NCBI GenBank assembly: GCA_963822965.1
Contig: CAWGJT010000005.1
Location: forward strand, 1,985,837 to 2,049,836
Direction: 5' to 3'
DNA length: 64,000 bases
Source: an uncultured delta proteobacterium
GTDB lineage: Bacteria > Myxococcota_A > UBA9160 > UBA4427
The position numbers were made by a program, and so were the translations under genes. The notes under the pieces are model-generated. The model was not told where the DNA came from. It searched no databases and worked only from the letters and a program-made list of their open reading frames with translations. Below are positions 10,762 to 22,640 of the stretch, in pieces; the stretch's first letter is position 1, and each line of letters begins with the position of its first letter.

Positions 10762-11523
10762 ATGATCCGCCCGGGCGGCGTTCTGTGGCTGTCGGATTGG
10801 CTGGCCTTTGCGAGCCTCATTCCGGCCTGCGTCGCGGTCGGCCTGCTGCTGGCTGCCTGCGGCGCGCTGGGCCTCGCGCCGGACTGGACCGGCGCCGGGC
10901 TCGCCGCCGCCGGGACGCTCGTGGTCTACAACGTCGACCGCCTGCGCGACACCCGGGCGGACCGGGTGAACGCGCCGCTGCGAACCGCCTTCGTCGAAGG
11001 ACACCGCGGCACGCTCCGCGTCCTGACCGCGGTGTCGGGGGTCGCCGCCCTGGGACTGGCCCTGGCCGAGCCGCGCGAGGTGCAGCTGCTATGCGCCGGC
11101 GTGCTGGGGCTGGGCCTGCTCCACCGGCGTCTGAAGCGGCACTCGAGCTGGAAGCCGGTCTACGTGGGGGGCGCCTGGGTGGCGGTGACGGCGGGCATTC
11201 CGGCCCTGGCGGCAGGCGATCCCGCGGCGGTCCCCTGGCTGCTGGCGGTGTACGCCGGGGCGGTCGCGGGCAACGTCGTCGCGACGACCCTGCGCGACGA
11301 CCGCCAGCCGCGCCGCCTGTGGCTCGCGCGAGGCCTCGCGCTCGCAGGCATGGGCGTCGCCCTGGCGGGACCCGGCGGCTGCCCCTCGCTGGCCGCCATC
11401 CCGGGCTGCGAGCTGCTGGCCCTCGCGGCCTTCCAGCCCGGAGAACGCTACGGCCTCGTCGTCCTCGACGGCGCACTGCTCGTGGGAGCCGCCCTCGCCC
11501 TGGCCGTCCAGTCCCTGCAGTAG
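10762..11523 (+). CDS. UbiA prenyltransferase-like membrane protein
   Basis: Polytopic; YNVDRLRD...DRVNAPLR aspartate-rich motif. Confidence 0.6.
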   Translation: MIRPGGVLWLSDWLAFASLIPACVAVGLLLAACGALGLAPDWTGAGLAAAGTLVVYNVDRLRDTRADRVNAPLRTAFVEGHRGTLRVLTAVSGVAALGLALAEPREVQLLCAGVLGLGLLHRRLKRHSSWKPVYVGGAWVAVTAGIPALAAGDPAAVPWLLAVYAGAVAGNVVATTLRDDRQPRRLWLARGLALAGMGVALAGPGGCPSLAAIPGCELLALAAFQPGERYGLVVLDGALLVGAALALAVQSLQ

Positions 11524-11551
11524 AGCGCCCACCGCCCCGCCACGAGAGAAC

Positions 11552-11765
11552 GCGCCTGCGGCCCAGGGATTCCGCCACGCGGAATCCCGAAAGGCGCCCG
11601 CGGCCCAGGGGTTCCGCCACGCGGAATCCCGAAAGGAAGCACCCGCGGCCCAGGGATTCCGCCACGCGGAATCCCGAAAGGAAGCGCCCGCGGCCCAGGG
11701 GTTCCGCCACGCGGAATCCCGAAAGGAAGCGCCCGCGGCCAAGCGATTCCGCCGTGCGGAATCGC
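11552..11765. repeat. Five-copy 42-45 bp tandem repeat of a hairpin unit, 3' of tRNA-Ala
   Basis: GGG(A/G)TTCCGC-CAC-GCGGAATCCC at 11566, 11608, 11653, 11698; variant at 11743. Confidence 0.92.
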
Positions 11766-11771
11766 GGCAAA

Positions 11772-11847
11772 TGGTGGAGCCGAGCGGGATCGAACCGCCG
11801 ACCTACGCGTTGCGAACGCGTCGCTCTCCCAGCTGAGCTACGGCCCC
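11772..11847 (-). tRNA. tRNA-Ala (anticodon CGC)
   Basis: 76 nt GGGGCCGTAGCTCAGCTGGGAGAGCG..TTCGCAA..GGTTCGATCC..CTCCACCA; encoded CCA. Confidence 0.97.
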
Positions 11848-12020
11848 ACACGAACCGGGAACGAAACGGGCTGCGAGCTTAGCGGCCCCGAACGGGACGG
11901 GCACCTGGGCGCTCTCCGCCGACCCCCCGGGCAGCCGGCGTCGATCCGCGGCACCCTCCCGGGCCGGGATGGGCCGTCGCGCCGGCCCGGCCGCATCCAC
12001 GGATCCCGACGGAGGTGCCC

Positions 12021-12476
12021 ATGACCATCGATGTCCGCAAGATCCTGTGCCCCATCGACTTCTCCCAGCACGCCGACCTGGTGGTCGAGTGGGCCGCCCA
12101 CCTGGCCGAGGAGCACGGGAGCGAGGTGCTGCTGCTGCACGCCTACCACCTGCCGGTGGAGTTCCAGCAGCTCGAGGGCGCCTACCTGCCCGCCGACTTC
12201 TGGGACTCGGTGAAGGAGGAGGCGCAGCGCTGCCTGGCCGCCTACGCCGCGAAGCTTCGCGCGCGGGGCATCACGGTCAGCGAGATCGTCCGCGAGGGCT
12301 ATCCCGCCACCGTCATCGAGGAGGAGGCCGAGGAGGCGGGCGCCGACATGATCGTGATGGGCTGCCGCGGCCTGTCGGGCTTCAAGCACCTGCTGCTCGG
12401 CAGCATCGCCGAGCGCGTCGTCCAGCGGTCCCACTGCCCGGTGCTCACCGTCAACAAGCCCGACGAGCCCGAGTGA
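12021..12476 (+). CDS. Universal stress protein
   Basis: KILCPIDFS, DMIVMGCRG..LLLGSIAERVV..CPVLTV; GGAGG RBS. Confidence 0.93.
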   Translation: MTIDVRKILCPIDFSQHADLVVEWAAHLAEEHGSEVLLLHAYHLPVEFQQLEGAYLPADFWDSVKEEAQRCLAAYAAKLRARGITVSEIVREGYPATVIEEEAEEAGADMIVMGCRGLSGFKHLLLGSIAERVVQRSHCPVLTVNKPDEPE

Positions 12477-12491
12477 GTCTCGCGCCGCGCG

Positions 12492-13523
12492 TCAGGCGAT
12501 GCCGAGCGCGCGGTCCTGCTCCTCGGACGAGAGATGCTCGAACTGCAGGATGCGCATCTCCTCGAAGGCGGTTCGCACGTACGGCGTGAGCAGGCCCAGG
12601 CGCTTCAGGTTGGGCACGACCCGCGAGAAGAGCTGCTGCCGGAAGAGCTGCAGGATCGGCGATTGCAGCAGGGTCTCCCGCACCTCGGCCGCCGGGAAGC
12701 CCGCATGCTCCGCCACCTCCTCGCCGATCAGGCGGTCGCGCATGAGCCGGCACGCGTCGATCACGAAGTCCTCGCGGTCGCGCAGCTCCCGGGCGGGCAT
12801 CTCGGCGTAGAAGCCGTCGAGCGAGAGCACGCCGAAGGCCACGTGGCGCGACTCGTCGCGCATCACGTTGTGGACGAGGTCCTTGACGAGGGGCTCGGCG
12901 GTCAGCTGGTAGAGATTCGCGAAGGCCGCCATCGCGAGGCCCTCCACGAGGATCTGCATGCCCAGGTACTTGAAGTCCCAGGCACCGTTCAGGAGGATGG
13001 CGTCGAGGAGCGACTTCAGGTGGCTGTTGATCGGCCACTCCCACTCCAGCTTCTCGCGCAGGTAGCGGCTGAACACCTCCACGTGTCGCGCCTCGTCCAT
13101 GACCTGGCTCGACGCGTAGAGCTTGGCGTCCATCCACGGAACGGCCGAGACGAGCTGCGAGGCGACGATCATGGCGCCCTGCTCGCCGTGCATGAACTGC
13201 GAGAGCTGCCAGCTGATCTGCGCGTGGTTGAACTCGCGCTTCTCCTTCTCGGAGAGTCGCTGGTAGGGCGCGTAGGCGTCGAGCGGGTTGAAGGCCGCCG
13301 GGATGATCTCGGACTCGGGATCGACCTGGATCGTCCAGTCGAGACCGTCGCCGTTCCACTGCTCGCGCTTCGCCTTCGCGTAGAGGTCGCGAAGCCCGTC
13401 CTCGAGCGAGCCGTAGCGCCACACGTAGCAGCTGTCGAAGGAGGTGAGGACGCGCTCCAGCTCTGTGTCGACAGGGCGGGGCGCGGCTTCGGCGCGGAGC
13501 GGGGCTTCGGAACCGGCGGACAT
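12492..13523 (-). CDS. Ferritin-like di-iron protein (AurF/R2-like)
   Basis: HGEQGA, DEARHVE, VEGLA, DESRHVAFG di-iron ligands. Confidence 0.82.
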   Translation of the reverse strand: MSAGSEAPLRAEAAPRPVDTELERVLTSFDSCYVWRYGSLEDGLRDLYAKAKREQWNGDGLDWTIQVDPESEIIPAAFNPLDAYAPYQRLSEKEKREFNHAQISWQLSQFMHGEQGAMIVASQLVSAVPWMDAKLYASSQVMDEARHVEVFSRYLREKLEWEWPINSHLKSLLDAILLNGAWDFKYLGMQILVEGLAMAAFANLYQLTAEPLVKDLVHNVMRDESRHVAFGVLSLDGFYAEMPARELRDREDFVIDACRLMRDRLIGEEVAEHAGFPAAEVRETLLQSPILQLFRQQLFSRVVPNLKRLGLLTPYVRTAFEEMRILQFEHLSSEEQDRALGIA

Positions 13524-13670
13524 GGGGAGCGACTCCTCGAGCGGCAGCGGGCGTGGGCGACGGATGGCAGCTCCGGCAGGCCGAAGAGCCCGGGTGTGGC
13601 AGAAAGGCACCAACAATTTGGTGGGTTATCGACCGGGATCCCGCCAACCTGAGGCGATTCGGCGCCCCGA

Positions 13671-15365
13671 CTAGCGGTCCTTCGACCCGGCCTTCCCCCG
13701 CGGGAGGCTCTTCTCCCGAGCCCGGCGGCCCAGGGCGCCCGCCGGATGGCGGGCCGCGTAGTCCTCGAGGGTGAACCCCGACCGCTGCTGGAGCAGCGCC
13801 GAGAGCGCCGCGAGCACCGCCACCTCGGTGGCCACGCTGGCCCGTGGTGCAAGGCCAAGGGGACCGCCCTCGCTCGAGACGCCGGCCTCGAGCACCACGT
13901 CCGCCAGCTCGGCCAGCGCGGAGCCGGGATCGCCGGTCACCGCGATCACCCGGGCACCGTGGCCGTGAAGCAGCTCGGCGAGCTGCACGGTCTCGGGGGT
14001 GCCTCCGCTGTTGGAGACGGCGATCACGATGTCCCCGGTGACGACCTGGCCGAGGCTGCCGTGGGTGGCCTCGGTGGTATGCAGGAAGCTGGCCGGCGTG
14101 CCGGTGGACGAGAGCAGCGACGCCGCATAGTGACTCACGTGCTCCGGCTTGCCGAGACCCGTGACGTGCACGCGACCGCCCGCCGCGCGCGTCGACTCGA
14201 CGAGGCGGGCCGCGGCCAGCAGCGACTCGCCGTCGTGTCGCCCGGCCAGCTCCGAGAGCTCGCGCGCGATCACCTCGAGCACCTGTAGACCCGCGCTCGC
14301 ATCCGACGCGTCCGCCGCGTCGGAGCCAACACCCGGAAGTGTCGACAGCGCCTTCCAGTCGAGTCGGGCGCCGCCTTCGGACTGCGTCTCCCCGTAGAAG
14401 CGCGCCACCCGCGCGCGCGCCGCCGGGATGTCTTCGGGAAAGGCGCCGAGCTGCTCGACGCACGCCGCACCGCAGGCGTTCGCCAGCCGGCCCGCCTCGG
14501 GCCACCCGAGCCCGTGGTGGAGACCGACGAGGAGCCCGCCGAGGAAGGCGTCGCCGGCACCGGTCGAGTCCACCGGCTTCGCGGGGCAGGCGGGTACGGT
14601 TCCCTCGTACTCGTCGCTCGAGATCGCGCAGCCCGCGGCGCCGTCGGTCACCACCACCGCCTGGTTGCCGAAGCGCTCGCGGATGGCGCGCGCCAACGCC
14701 AGCGGATCGTCGGCCAGGCGCGGAAACAGCTCGCGGGCGGCGAGCTTCGCGGGCTTGAGAACGTCGGCCGCCCGCAGCACGGCGTCGAGGGTGGCCTCGT
14801 CGCCGAGGGTCGCGAGCGCGTCGGCGCGCGGCACGTCGAGGTCGACGACGGTGCGCGCGCCGGCCTCGTGCGCGATGGCGAGGGCCTCGAGGGCCGCCGC
14901 CAGGGGCAGCTGCGAGACCTCCGTGGTGAGGATCTGCGCCCGTCGGATGAACGCCTCGTGCACTTTGCGAACGTGTTCGCTCGTCGTCTCGCTGGTGGCG
15001 CCGGGCGCCATGTAGATGCTCCGCTCGCCCGAATCGTCCACGAAGATCTCGGCGACGGTGCTGGCCGCGCCGTCCGGGTCGAGATGGATGTGGGCCTCGA
15101 TCCCCGTGCGCGCCATGGCGCCGCGCAGCAGGCGGCCGCCCTCGTCGTCGGCCTGGCGGCCGAAGATGCCCGTGCGCAGCCCGAGGATCGCCGCCCAGCC
15201 GAGATGATTCAGCACGACCCCGCCCACGTAGCTGCGGACGGGCCCCGCCCCCGCCAGCACCTCGCGCAGCACGCCCTTCTCGCCGGAAGACAGGATGCGC
15301 GGCGCGCGGTGCACGCGATCCACCGCCATGCTGCCGATGCCGACGACGTCGAGGTCGCGCTTCAC
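13671..15365 (-). CDS. Fusion of PfkB-family sugar kinase and CBS-less SIS arabinose-5-phosphate isomerase-like domain; start uncertain (15365 or 15395)
   Basis: VDSTGAGDAFLGG PfkB signature; C-terminal TGLGK..SSTGTPASFLH..EATHG.LG..SNSG and HPAGALG match KdsD/GutQ. Confidence 0.85.
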   Translation of the reverse strand: MKRDLDVVGIGSMAVDRVHRAPRILSSGEKGVLREVLAGAGPVRSYVGGVVLNHLGWAAILGLRTGIFGRQADDEGGRLLRGAMARTGIEAHIHLDPDGAASTVAEIFVDDSGERSIYMAPGATSETTSEHVRKVHEAFIRRAQILTTEVSQLPLAAALEALAIAHEAGARTVVDLDVPRADALATLGDEATLDAVLRAADVLKPAKLAARELFPRLADDPLALARAIRERFGNQAVVVTDGAAGCAISSDEYEGTVPACPAKPVDSTGAGDAFLGGLLVGLHHGLGWPEAGRLANACGAACVEQLGAFPEDIPAARARVARFYGETQSEGGARLDWKALSTLPGVGSDAADASDASAGLQVLEVIARELSELAGRHDGESLLAAARLVESTRAAGGRVHVTGLGKPEHVSHYAASLLSSTGTPASFLHTTEATHGSLGQVVTGDIVIAVSNSGGTPETVQLAELLHGHGARVIAVTGDPGSALAELADVVLEAGVSSEGGPLGLAPRASVATEVAVLAALSALLQQRSGFTLEDYAARHPAGALGRRAREKSLPRGKAGSKDR

Positions 15366-15460
15366 GGGGCTCTGTTGCCGTCTGCGGGCCGTCACTGCCG
15401 TTCCGGTTGGGAGGTCGTCTGCGTCGCGGACCCGGTGCGTACCGGCCGGGACCCGACGCC

Positions 15461-16552
15461 TCAGGGTGCCACCGTAACCCAGGGCGCGCCGAGCTGGGCG
15501 CGCACCGCGTCGCGAACGCTCTCGTAGCGCGCGTCGAACCGGTCCGCGTCCGGCGCGCCGAGGGCGGGGGTTCCCGGCGCCACGGCGGCGCTGGTGATCA
15601 CACCGTCCCGCAGCAGCGCGCGCTTCAGACACGCGATGGTGCGCCGGCCGCCGGCCGCCACCTCGGTGGCCGCCCGGAAGCTCTCGACGATGCGCTTCAT
15701 CTCGTCCATGCGCTCGAGGTCGCCGGCGCGGCACACCTGCCAGGCGCGCGCCCACTCCCGCGGCAGCGCGTTGGCCGGGCCCGAGACGACGCCGATCGGC
15801 AGCCCGCCCTGCATGCGGTAGCGGTACCAGTGCTCGGCGATGGTCCCGACGACGCCGCGGCGCGGGCGGAACAGATCGAAGATCAACATGGCGTTGCCGA
15901 CGTAGATGCCGAACTCGCCGCGCTCCCGGAAGCTGGCCGCCGCCTTCGTGTAGTTGCCGAGCACCTTGCGGGTGGCCGACACCTTGATGCCGCGCACGAA
16001 GTCGAGCCGCGACATGGCCTTCACCTGACGGGTGCGGATGTGCGGCACCTTCGGGTCGACGGCGATGTCCGCGTTGTCGTAGAGGAAGACGGGGATGCGG
16101 CGCGGCCGCGCGTCCAGCAGGTCGGAGATGTCCCGGGCCACGAAGCGCACCGGGTCGTCGATGCCCTGGATGGAGAGCGGCGCCAGCACCGCCGCGTCGA
16201 CGCCGCACGCGATGGCGAAGTCGAGATTCTCGAGGGTCTCCTCGGCGGTGGGCGCGGTGACCCCCGCCCAGGCCTCCACCCCCCGGCCGGTGGCGGCGGA
16301 GAGCGAGGCGTTCAGCTTCGCGACCTCCTCGGCGCAGACCTGGATGACCTGCTGCCGGGTGTGGTTGTCCACCCGGTCCCACTCGCCGGTGGTGCCGGCC
16401 GAGAAGACCACGTCGGCCCCGTAGCCGTCCTGGATCACGTGACGGACGAGGGCCCGCTGATCGCTGTCGATCAGCCGGCCCTCTGCGTCCAGGACCGTCA
16501 CCACGGGCACCGAGAGCCCGGAACGCGGTCGTGTGTCTTCGACGCTTCTCAC
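15461..16552 (-). CDS. DapA/NanA-family class I aldolase
   Basis: AGTTGE, FLYDN (Tyr), GIKVS (Schiff-base Lys); GGAGG RBS before GTG. Confidence 0.82.
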   Translation of the reverse strand: MRSVEDTRPRSGLSVPVVTVLDAEGRLIDSDQRALVRHVIQDGYGADVVFSAGTTGEWDRVDNHTRQQVIQVCAEEVAKLNASLSAATGRGVEAWAGVTAPTAEETLENLDFAIACGVDAAVLAPLSIQGIDDPVRFVARDISDLLDARPRRIPVFLYDNADIAVDPKVPHIRTRQVKAMSRLDFVRGIKVSATRKVLGNYTKAAASFRERGEFGIYVGNAMLIFDLFRPRRGVVGTIAEHWYRYRMQGGLPIGVVSGPANALPREWARAWQVCRAGDLERMDEMKRIVESFRAATEVAAGGRRTIACLKRALLRDGVITSAAVAPGTPALGAPDADRFDARYESVRDAVRAQLGAPWVTVAP

Positions 16553-16590
16553 GGAGCCTCCCCGCACCCGGCGAGAGGCCCCAGTGTGCC

Positions 16591-17196
16591 TCAGACCGTC
16601 TCGAAGAAGTAGGTCATCTTCGTGCCGAGCGCCGTGGCGAGCTTGTGGAGCGTCGACATGGAGGCCGCGCTCTTGCCGAGCTCGATCTGGGAGATGAGGC
16701 TCACGGACAGGCCCGTCCGGTTGGCGAGCTGCTTCAGGGTGAGCGGACGCGAGTGCCGCCGCTCCCGGATCCGGCGGCCCACCTCGAGGTTCAGGCGCGT
16801 CTCGAGGTCCACCAGCAGGCCCTTGTCCTGGATCGCCTCGCGCATCACGGCGCGCAGGGCGTCCGCCTCGACGGGCTTCCGCAGGTAGTTGAAGGCCTGC
16901 TGCTTCATGGCCGCCACGGCCATTTCCACCGTCGGGAACTCGGTCATGGCGATGATGCACAGGTCGCTGTCCGCACGGCGAAGCTCCTCGAGCGCGTCCA
17001 TACCGCCCGGGTTCTCGGGCGACACGTCGACGACGACGAGCTGGTAGCGGTTGTTGCGAATCTCCTCGGGGGCGCCGGCCGGGTCGGTGATGGCGCTGAC
17101 CCGGTACCCCTCCTCACTGAGGATGCTCTTGAGCTGGACGTTGGTCTCCTCGTCCGGATCGATGACCAGGATGTTGAGACGCTGCGGTTGACTCAT
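16591..17196 (-). CDS. Response regulator, REC plus XRE-HTH (DigR-like architecture)
   Basis: ILVIDPD..VVVD..YLRKP receiver; LTLKQLANRTGLSVSLISQIELGK XRE HTH. Confidence 0.85.
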   Translation of the reverse strand: MSQPQRLNILVIDPDEETNVQLKSILSEEGYRVSAITDPAGAPEEIRNNRYQLVVVDVSPENPGGMDALEELRRADSDLCIIAMTEFPTVEMAVAAMKQQAFNYLRKPVEADALRAVMREAIQDKGLLVDLETRLNLEVGRRIRERRHSRPLTLKQLANRTGLSVSLISQIELGKSAASMSTLHKLATALGTKMTYFFETV

Positions 17197-17426
17197 CCCT
17201 CGAACTCCCGTGGCCCGGCAGGCTTCCGCGGGGATGGTTGCCGCTTGCCTGCTCCCGGGTGTGCGTCGGCGGCCGGAAGTCCCGAACTCTTCAGGAGTTC
17301 CGACCACCCTCTGCGTTCCACGAGGATCTTCTTCGGTATTCGTGGGGCTTTGCATTAGCCCTGAATTCGAGAATTTGCGGAGTTTCCCGAACCGGGGGCG
17401 CCGGCCGGGGACGGGGGCGCCGGCCG

Positions 17427-18320
17427 CTACCGCGCCCCGGAGGGGGCGGCGGGGGCGCGGGCGGAGCCCGCGGCATCGCCCATCGGGTCGCCGGCCGCAG
17501 GCGTCTGCAGCCAGGCGCGCTTGAAGCCGGCCGCGGGTGCGTTGACGGGCGTCACGCCGAGGATGTCGAAGCGGATGGGCTGCCGATCCGGCTCGTGGAT
17601 GGTGATCGAGTCGGGAAACCGCACGGCGCCGAAGGCGACGAGCGGGCCGAAGTCCACCACCACCCCCGTGGCCGACTCGATCCTCACGATCTCGTAGCTG
17701 GTGCTCTCGATCCAGAGGGTGGGCACCGGGTTGCTCGCCAGGCGGAAGTCCTGGTCCGGGGGCGGGGGGATCGGAGGCCCGGGGCTCCGCGGGACCGCCG
17801 CGCCGCCGTCCGCCTGGCCCTCGTCGTCGGGCGCGGGCGGCGCCACCCGGGACGGATCGCCGATCACGTAGCAGACGCTCGTCCCGCACGGCTCCAGGGC
17901 CACCGCGTCCACGTCGAAGCCGTGGTCGCTCAGGGCCTGCCGGAGGGTCGCCGGGGAGTCCACCTGCAGGAAGAAGAGCGGCGGCAGGAAGTCCCGCGGC
18001 CGTTCGAGCTCCTCGCCGTTGCGGCTGGCCAGGTGCTCGGTGCCGAGCAGCAGGTGCCGCTCGACCCGGTCGGCGGCGTCCCGCAGCTCGAGGCGCGCCA
18101 AGCCGTTGGGATGCGTGACGAGGGTGCCCGTGCCGATGGGGTCGCGACCCACCACGCGGAGGGTCAGGTCGATCTGCAGGGCCTCGCTGCGACCCGCGGC
18201 GGCGTTGGCGCGCGCCGTGGCCCGGGCGATGCGATCCGCCCGAGGCACGAATCCGAGCAGCGGCACGAGCGCGAGCGCCGCCGCAGCGAGCGCGATCGGT
18301 CGCCGCCGTCTCGCCGCCAT
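17427..18320 (-). CDS. Hypothetical exported protein (possibly LolA-like fold)
   Basis: Basic plus hydrophobic N-terminus; starts 6 nt after the eno stop; PTLWIE..SYEIVRI and RFPDSITI strands. Confidence 0.6.
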   Translation of the reverse strand: MAARRRRPIALAAAALALVPLLGFVPRADRIARATARANAAAGRSEALQIDLTLRVVGRDPIGTGTLVTHPNGLARLELRDAADRVERHLLLGTEHLASRNGEELERPRDFLPPLFFLQVDSPATLRQALSDHGFDVDAVALEPCGTSVCYVIGDPSRVAPPAPDDEGQADGGAAVPRSPGPPIPPPPDQDFRLASNPVPTLWIESTSYEIVRIESATGVVVDFGPLVAFGAVRFPDSITIHEPDRQPIRFDILGVTPVNAPAAGFKRAWLQTPAAGDPMGDAAGSARAPAAPSGAR

Positions 18321-18325
18321 GGGTG

Positions 18326-20497
<2,172 letters not shown>

Positions 20498-20501
<4 letters not shown>

Positions 20502-21520
20502 CGGGCCATCACCTGCAGGTGATGGCGGCGCAGCAGGGTCAGGAAGAGGGGACCCCCGACGATGGCCGTGATGGCGCCCACCGGCAGCTCACGCCCGCCG
20601 AGCAGGGTGCGGGCCACCGTGTCGCACACCACCAGGAAGGCGGCTCCGCCCAGCGCCGCGGCGGGCACCAGCAGCCGGTGGTCGGGACCCAGCACCAGCC
20701 GCAGCAGGTGCGGAATGATCAGCCCCACGAAGCCCACCAGGCCGGCGACGGACACCGCCGCACCCACCATGAGCGACGTGGCAACCAGCAGGATGCGTTG
20801 CTGCCGCGGCACCGAGACCCCGAGCTGCTCGGCGGCCTCGTCTCCCAGCGCCAGCACGTTGAGCGAGCGGGAGAGCACGAACGCCGCCGTGAAGCCTGCC
20901 CCCAGGAAGACCACCAGCCAGGGCGCCACGTCCATGCGTGCGCCCGAGAGGTTGCCCACCAGCCAGAGGAAGATGCGCAATCCCTGGGTGAGGCCCGCCG
21001 CCGAGGCCAGGAAGACGATGGCCGCGGAGGCGAAGGCGTTGAAGACGACCCCGGTCAGCAGCAGGTTGGTGGCGGACACGCGCCCGCGAGCCCCCGCGAC
21101 CAGATAGAGGAGCAGCGTCGTCAGGACGGCCCCCACGAAGGCCGCCGGCGGAACGGCCGCGTATCCGAGTCCCACGAGACCGCCCAGGGACAGCATGGCG
21201 ATCCCCCCGAGCGCGGCGCCGCCGGAGACCCCGAGAATGAACGGATCCGCCAGCGGGTTGCGCAGCAGCGCCTGGAAGATGACACCCGCCAGCGAGAGAC
21301 ACGCACCCACCAGCGCGGCCAGGGCGACCCGGGGCAGGCGAATGCGCCAGACGATGTCGGCGGCCGCGCCGACGCGGTCCGGCTCGCGCAGCGCGCGCGA
21401 AAGCTCCGAGACGCTCAGGTGGCTGGGCCCCAGCATCAGACCCGCGGCCAGGGCGACGGCGAGCAGCACGAGCAGCACGCCCAGCACCGACGCGAAGCGC
21501 ACGCCCGTGAGATGCTTCAT
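20498..21520 (-). CDS. FecCD/BtuC-family ABC permease
   Basis: IRLPR, RNPLADPFILGVSGGA, GFVGLIIPH, ELPVG. Confidence 0.92.
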
Positions 21521-22464
21521 CCGCCGTCCCCGGCGTCCGGCCCGACGGCCGCCAGCAGCTCGCCGCGCGCCGCTTCGCCGTGCAGCGCGACGACCAGGGT
21601 CTCGATGGAGCGATCGAGGTAGGGACCGGGCAGGGTCACGGTCTTGGGATCGAGGTGCAGCACGCGTCCCGCGGCCACCGCCGGGATGGCCGGCCAGCGA
21701 GACCAGTACAGCATGGGGTCGCTCGGCTCCTCGGTCATGTCGATCAGCACCTCGGGTGCCGCGTCGAGCAGCCACTCCAGGGCCACCTGGGGATAGGCGG
21801 CCTCGAAGCGGCCACCGAGATTGTCCGCGCCCGCCGCCTCGAGCAGCTCGTCGATGAAGCTCCCGCGACCGACCACGAAGACGGGATCCCGCTGCAGCAC
21901 GACGAGCGTCCGCGGCCGGGGCCGCCCGGCGGTGATCGACTCGGCGGCGCCACGCGTTCGACGGATGCTCCGGATGCGCGCCGCCGCCGCCGCCTCGCGT
22001 CCCACGAGTCGGCCCAGCCGCTCGATGTTCTCGAGCACCTGCTCGAAGTGGATGTTGTCGAAGATCTCGACGCGGACGCCCAGCGCGCGCAGACGCGCGA
22101 CGAAGTCGCGCTGCTCGACACTCGGCACCACCAGCACGGCGTCGGGCTCGAGGGCGGCGACGGCCTCCAGGCTCGGATTGAAGAGGCCCCCCACCCGGGG
22201 CAAGTCGGCGACCGCCGGCTGCTGGGCGGCCGAGAACTCGTCGACGCCCACGAGGCGGTCCCCGGCGCCGAGGGCCAGCACGATTGCCGTGAGCGACGGG
22301 TTGAGGGAGACGAGACGCGAAGCGTGCGCGCCGACCGCCCAAGGCACCTCCGCAGGCGCACGGTCGCGCCCCCCGCACGCGAGGCCGGTGACGAGCAGGC
22401 CGGCGGCCAGCGCCCACACGAGGGCCCGGGGAAGACCCCCGTTCTCGGAGGGCACGGAATGCAT
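21517..22464 (-). CDS. BtuF-like helical-backbone substrate-binding lipoprotein
   Basis: Lipobox GLAC, RLVSLNPSLT, LVGVD, NPSLEAV..LEPD. Confidence 0.88.
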   Translation of the reverse strand: MHSVPSENGGLPRALVWALAAGLLVTGLACGGRDRAPAEVPWAVGAHASRLVSLNPSLTAIVLALGAGDRLVGVDEFSAAQQPAVADLPRVGGLFNPSLEAVAALEPDAVLVVPSVEQRDFVARLRALGVRVEIFDNIHFEQVLENIERLGRLVGREAAAAARIRSIRRTRGAAESITAGRPRPRTLVVLQRDPVFVVGRGSFIDELLEAAGADNLGGRFEAAYPQVALEWLLDAAPEVLIDMTEEPSDPMLYWSRWPAIPAVAAGRVLHLDPKTVTLPGPYLDRSIETLVVALHGEAARGELLAAVGPDAGDGG

Positions 22465-22640
22465 TCCGCGATTCTAGTGCCCCTTGCCGGGGAGTGTCCC
22501 GAGGGTTCGCCTGCGAGGTCCCGGGACTTCGCCGGCAGTCGGCCTGCGCCCTCGGCGGAACGCAGGGGAGGGGGACTGGGTGCCGGGCGCGCTGCGCCCG
22601 GCACCGGTCCGGCGTGCGCGCGCCACCCGGGCGCGCGTCC

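Noticed and set aside
11552..11765. CRISPR array
   Set aside because: The sequences between palindromes are near-identical rather than unique spacers, and there are no cas genes in the window
17314..17329. Additional parS site (CGTTCCACGAGGATCT)
   Set aside because: One half-site carries several mismatches and the site is isolated
22465..22640. Cobalamin riboswitch before the Btu-like ABC operon
   Set aside because: No B12-box or GGGAA/GCCACTG elements; a -10 hexamer sits 6 nt from the ATG, leaving no leader
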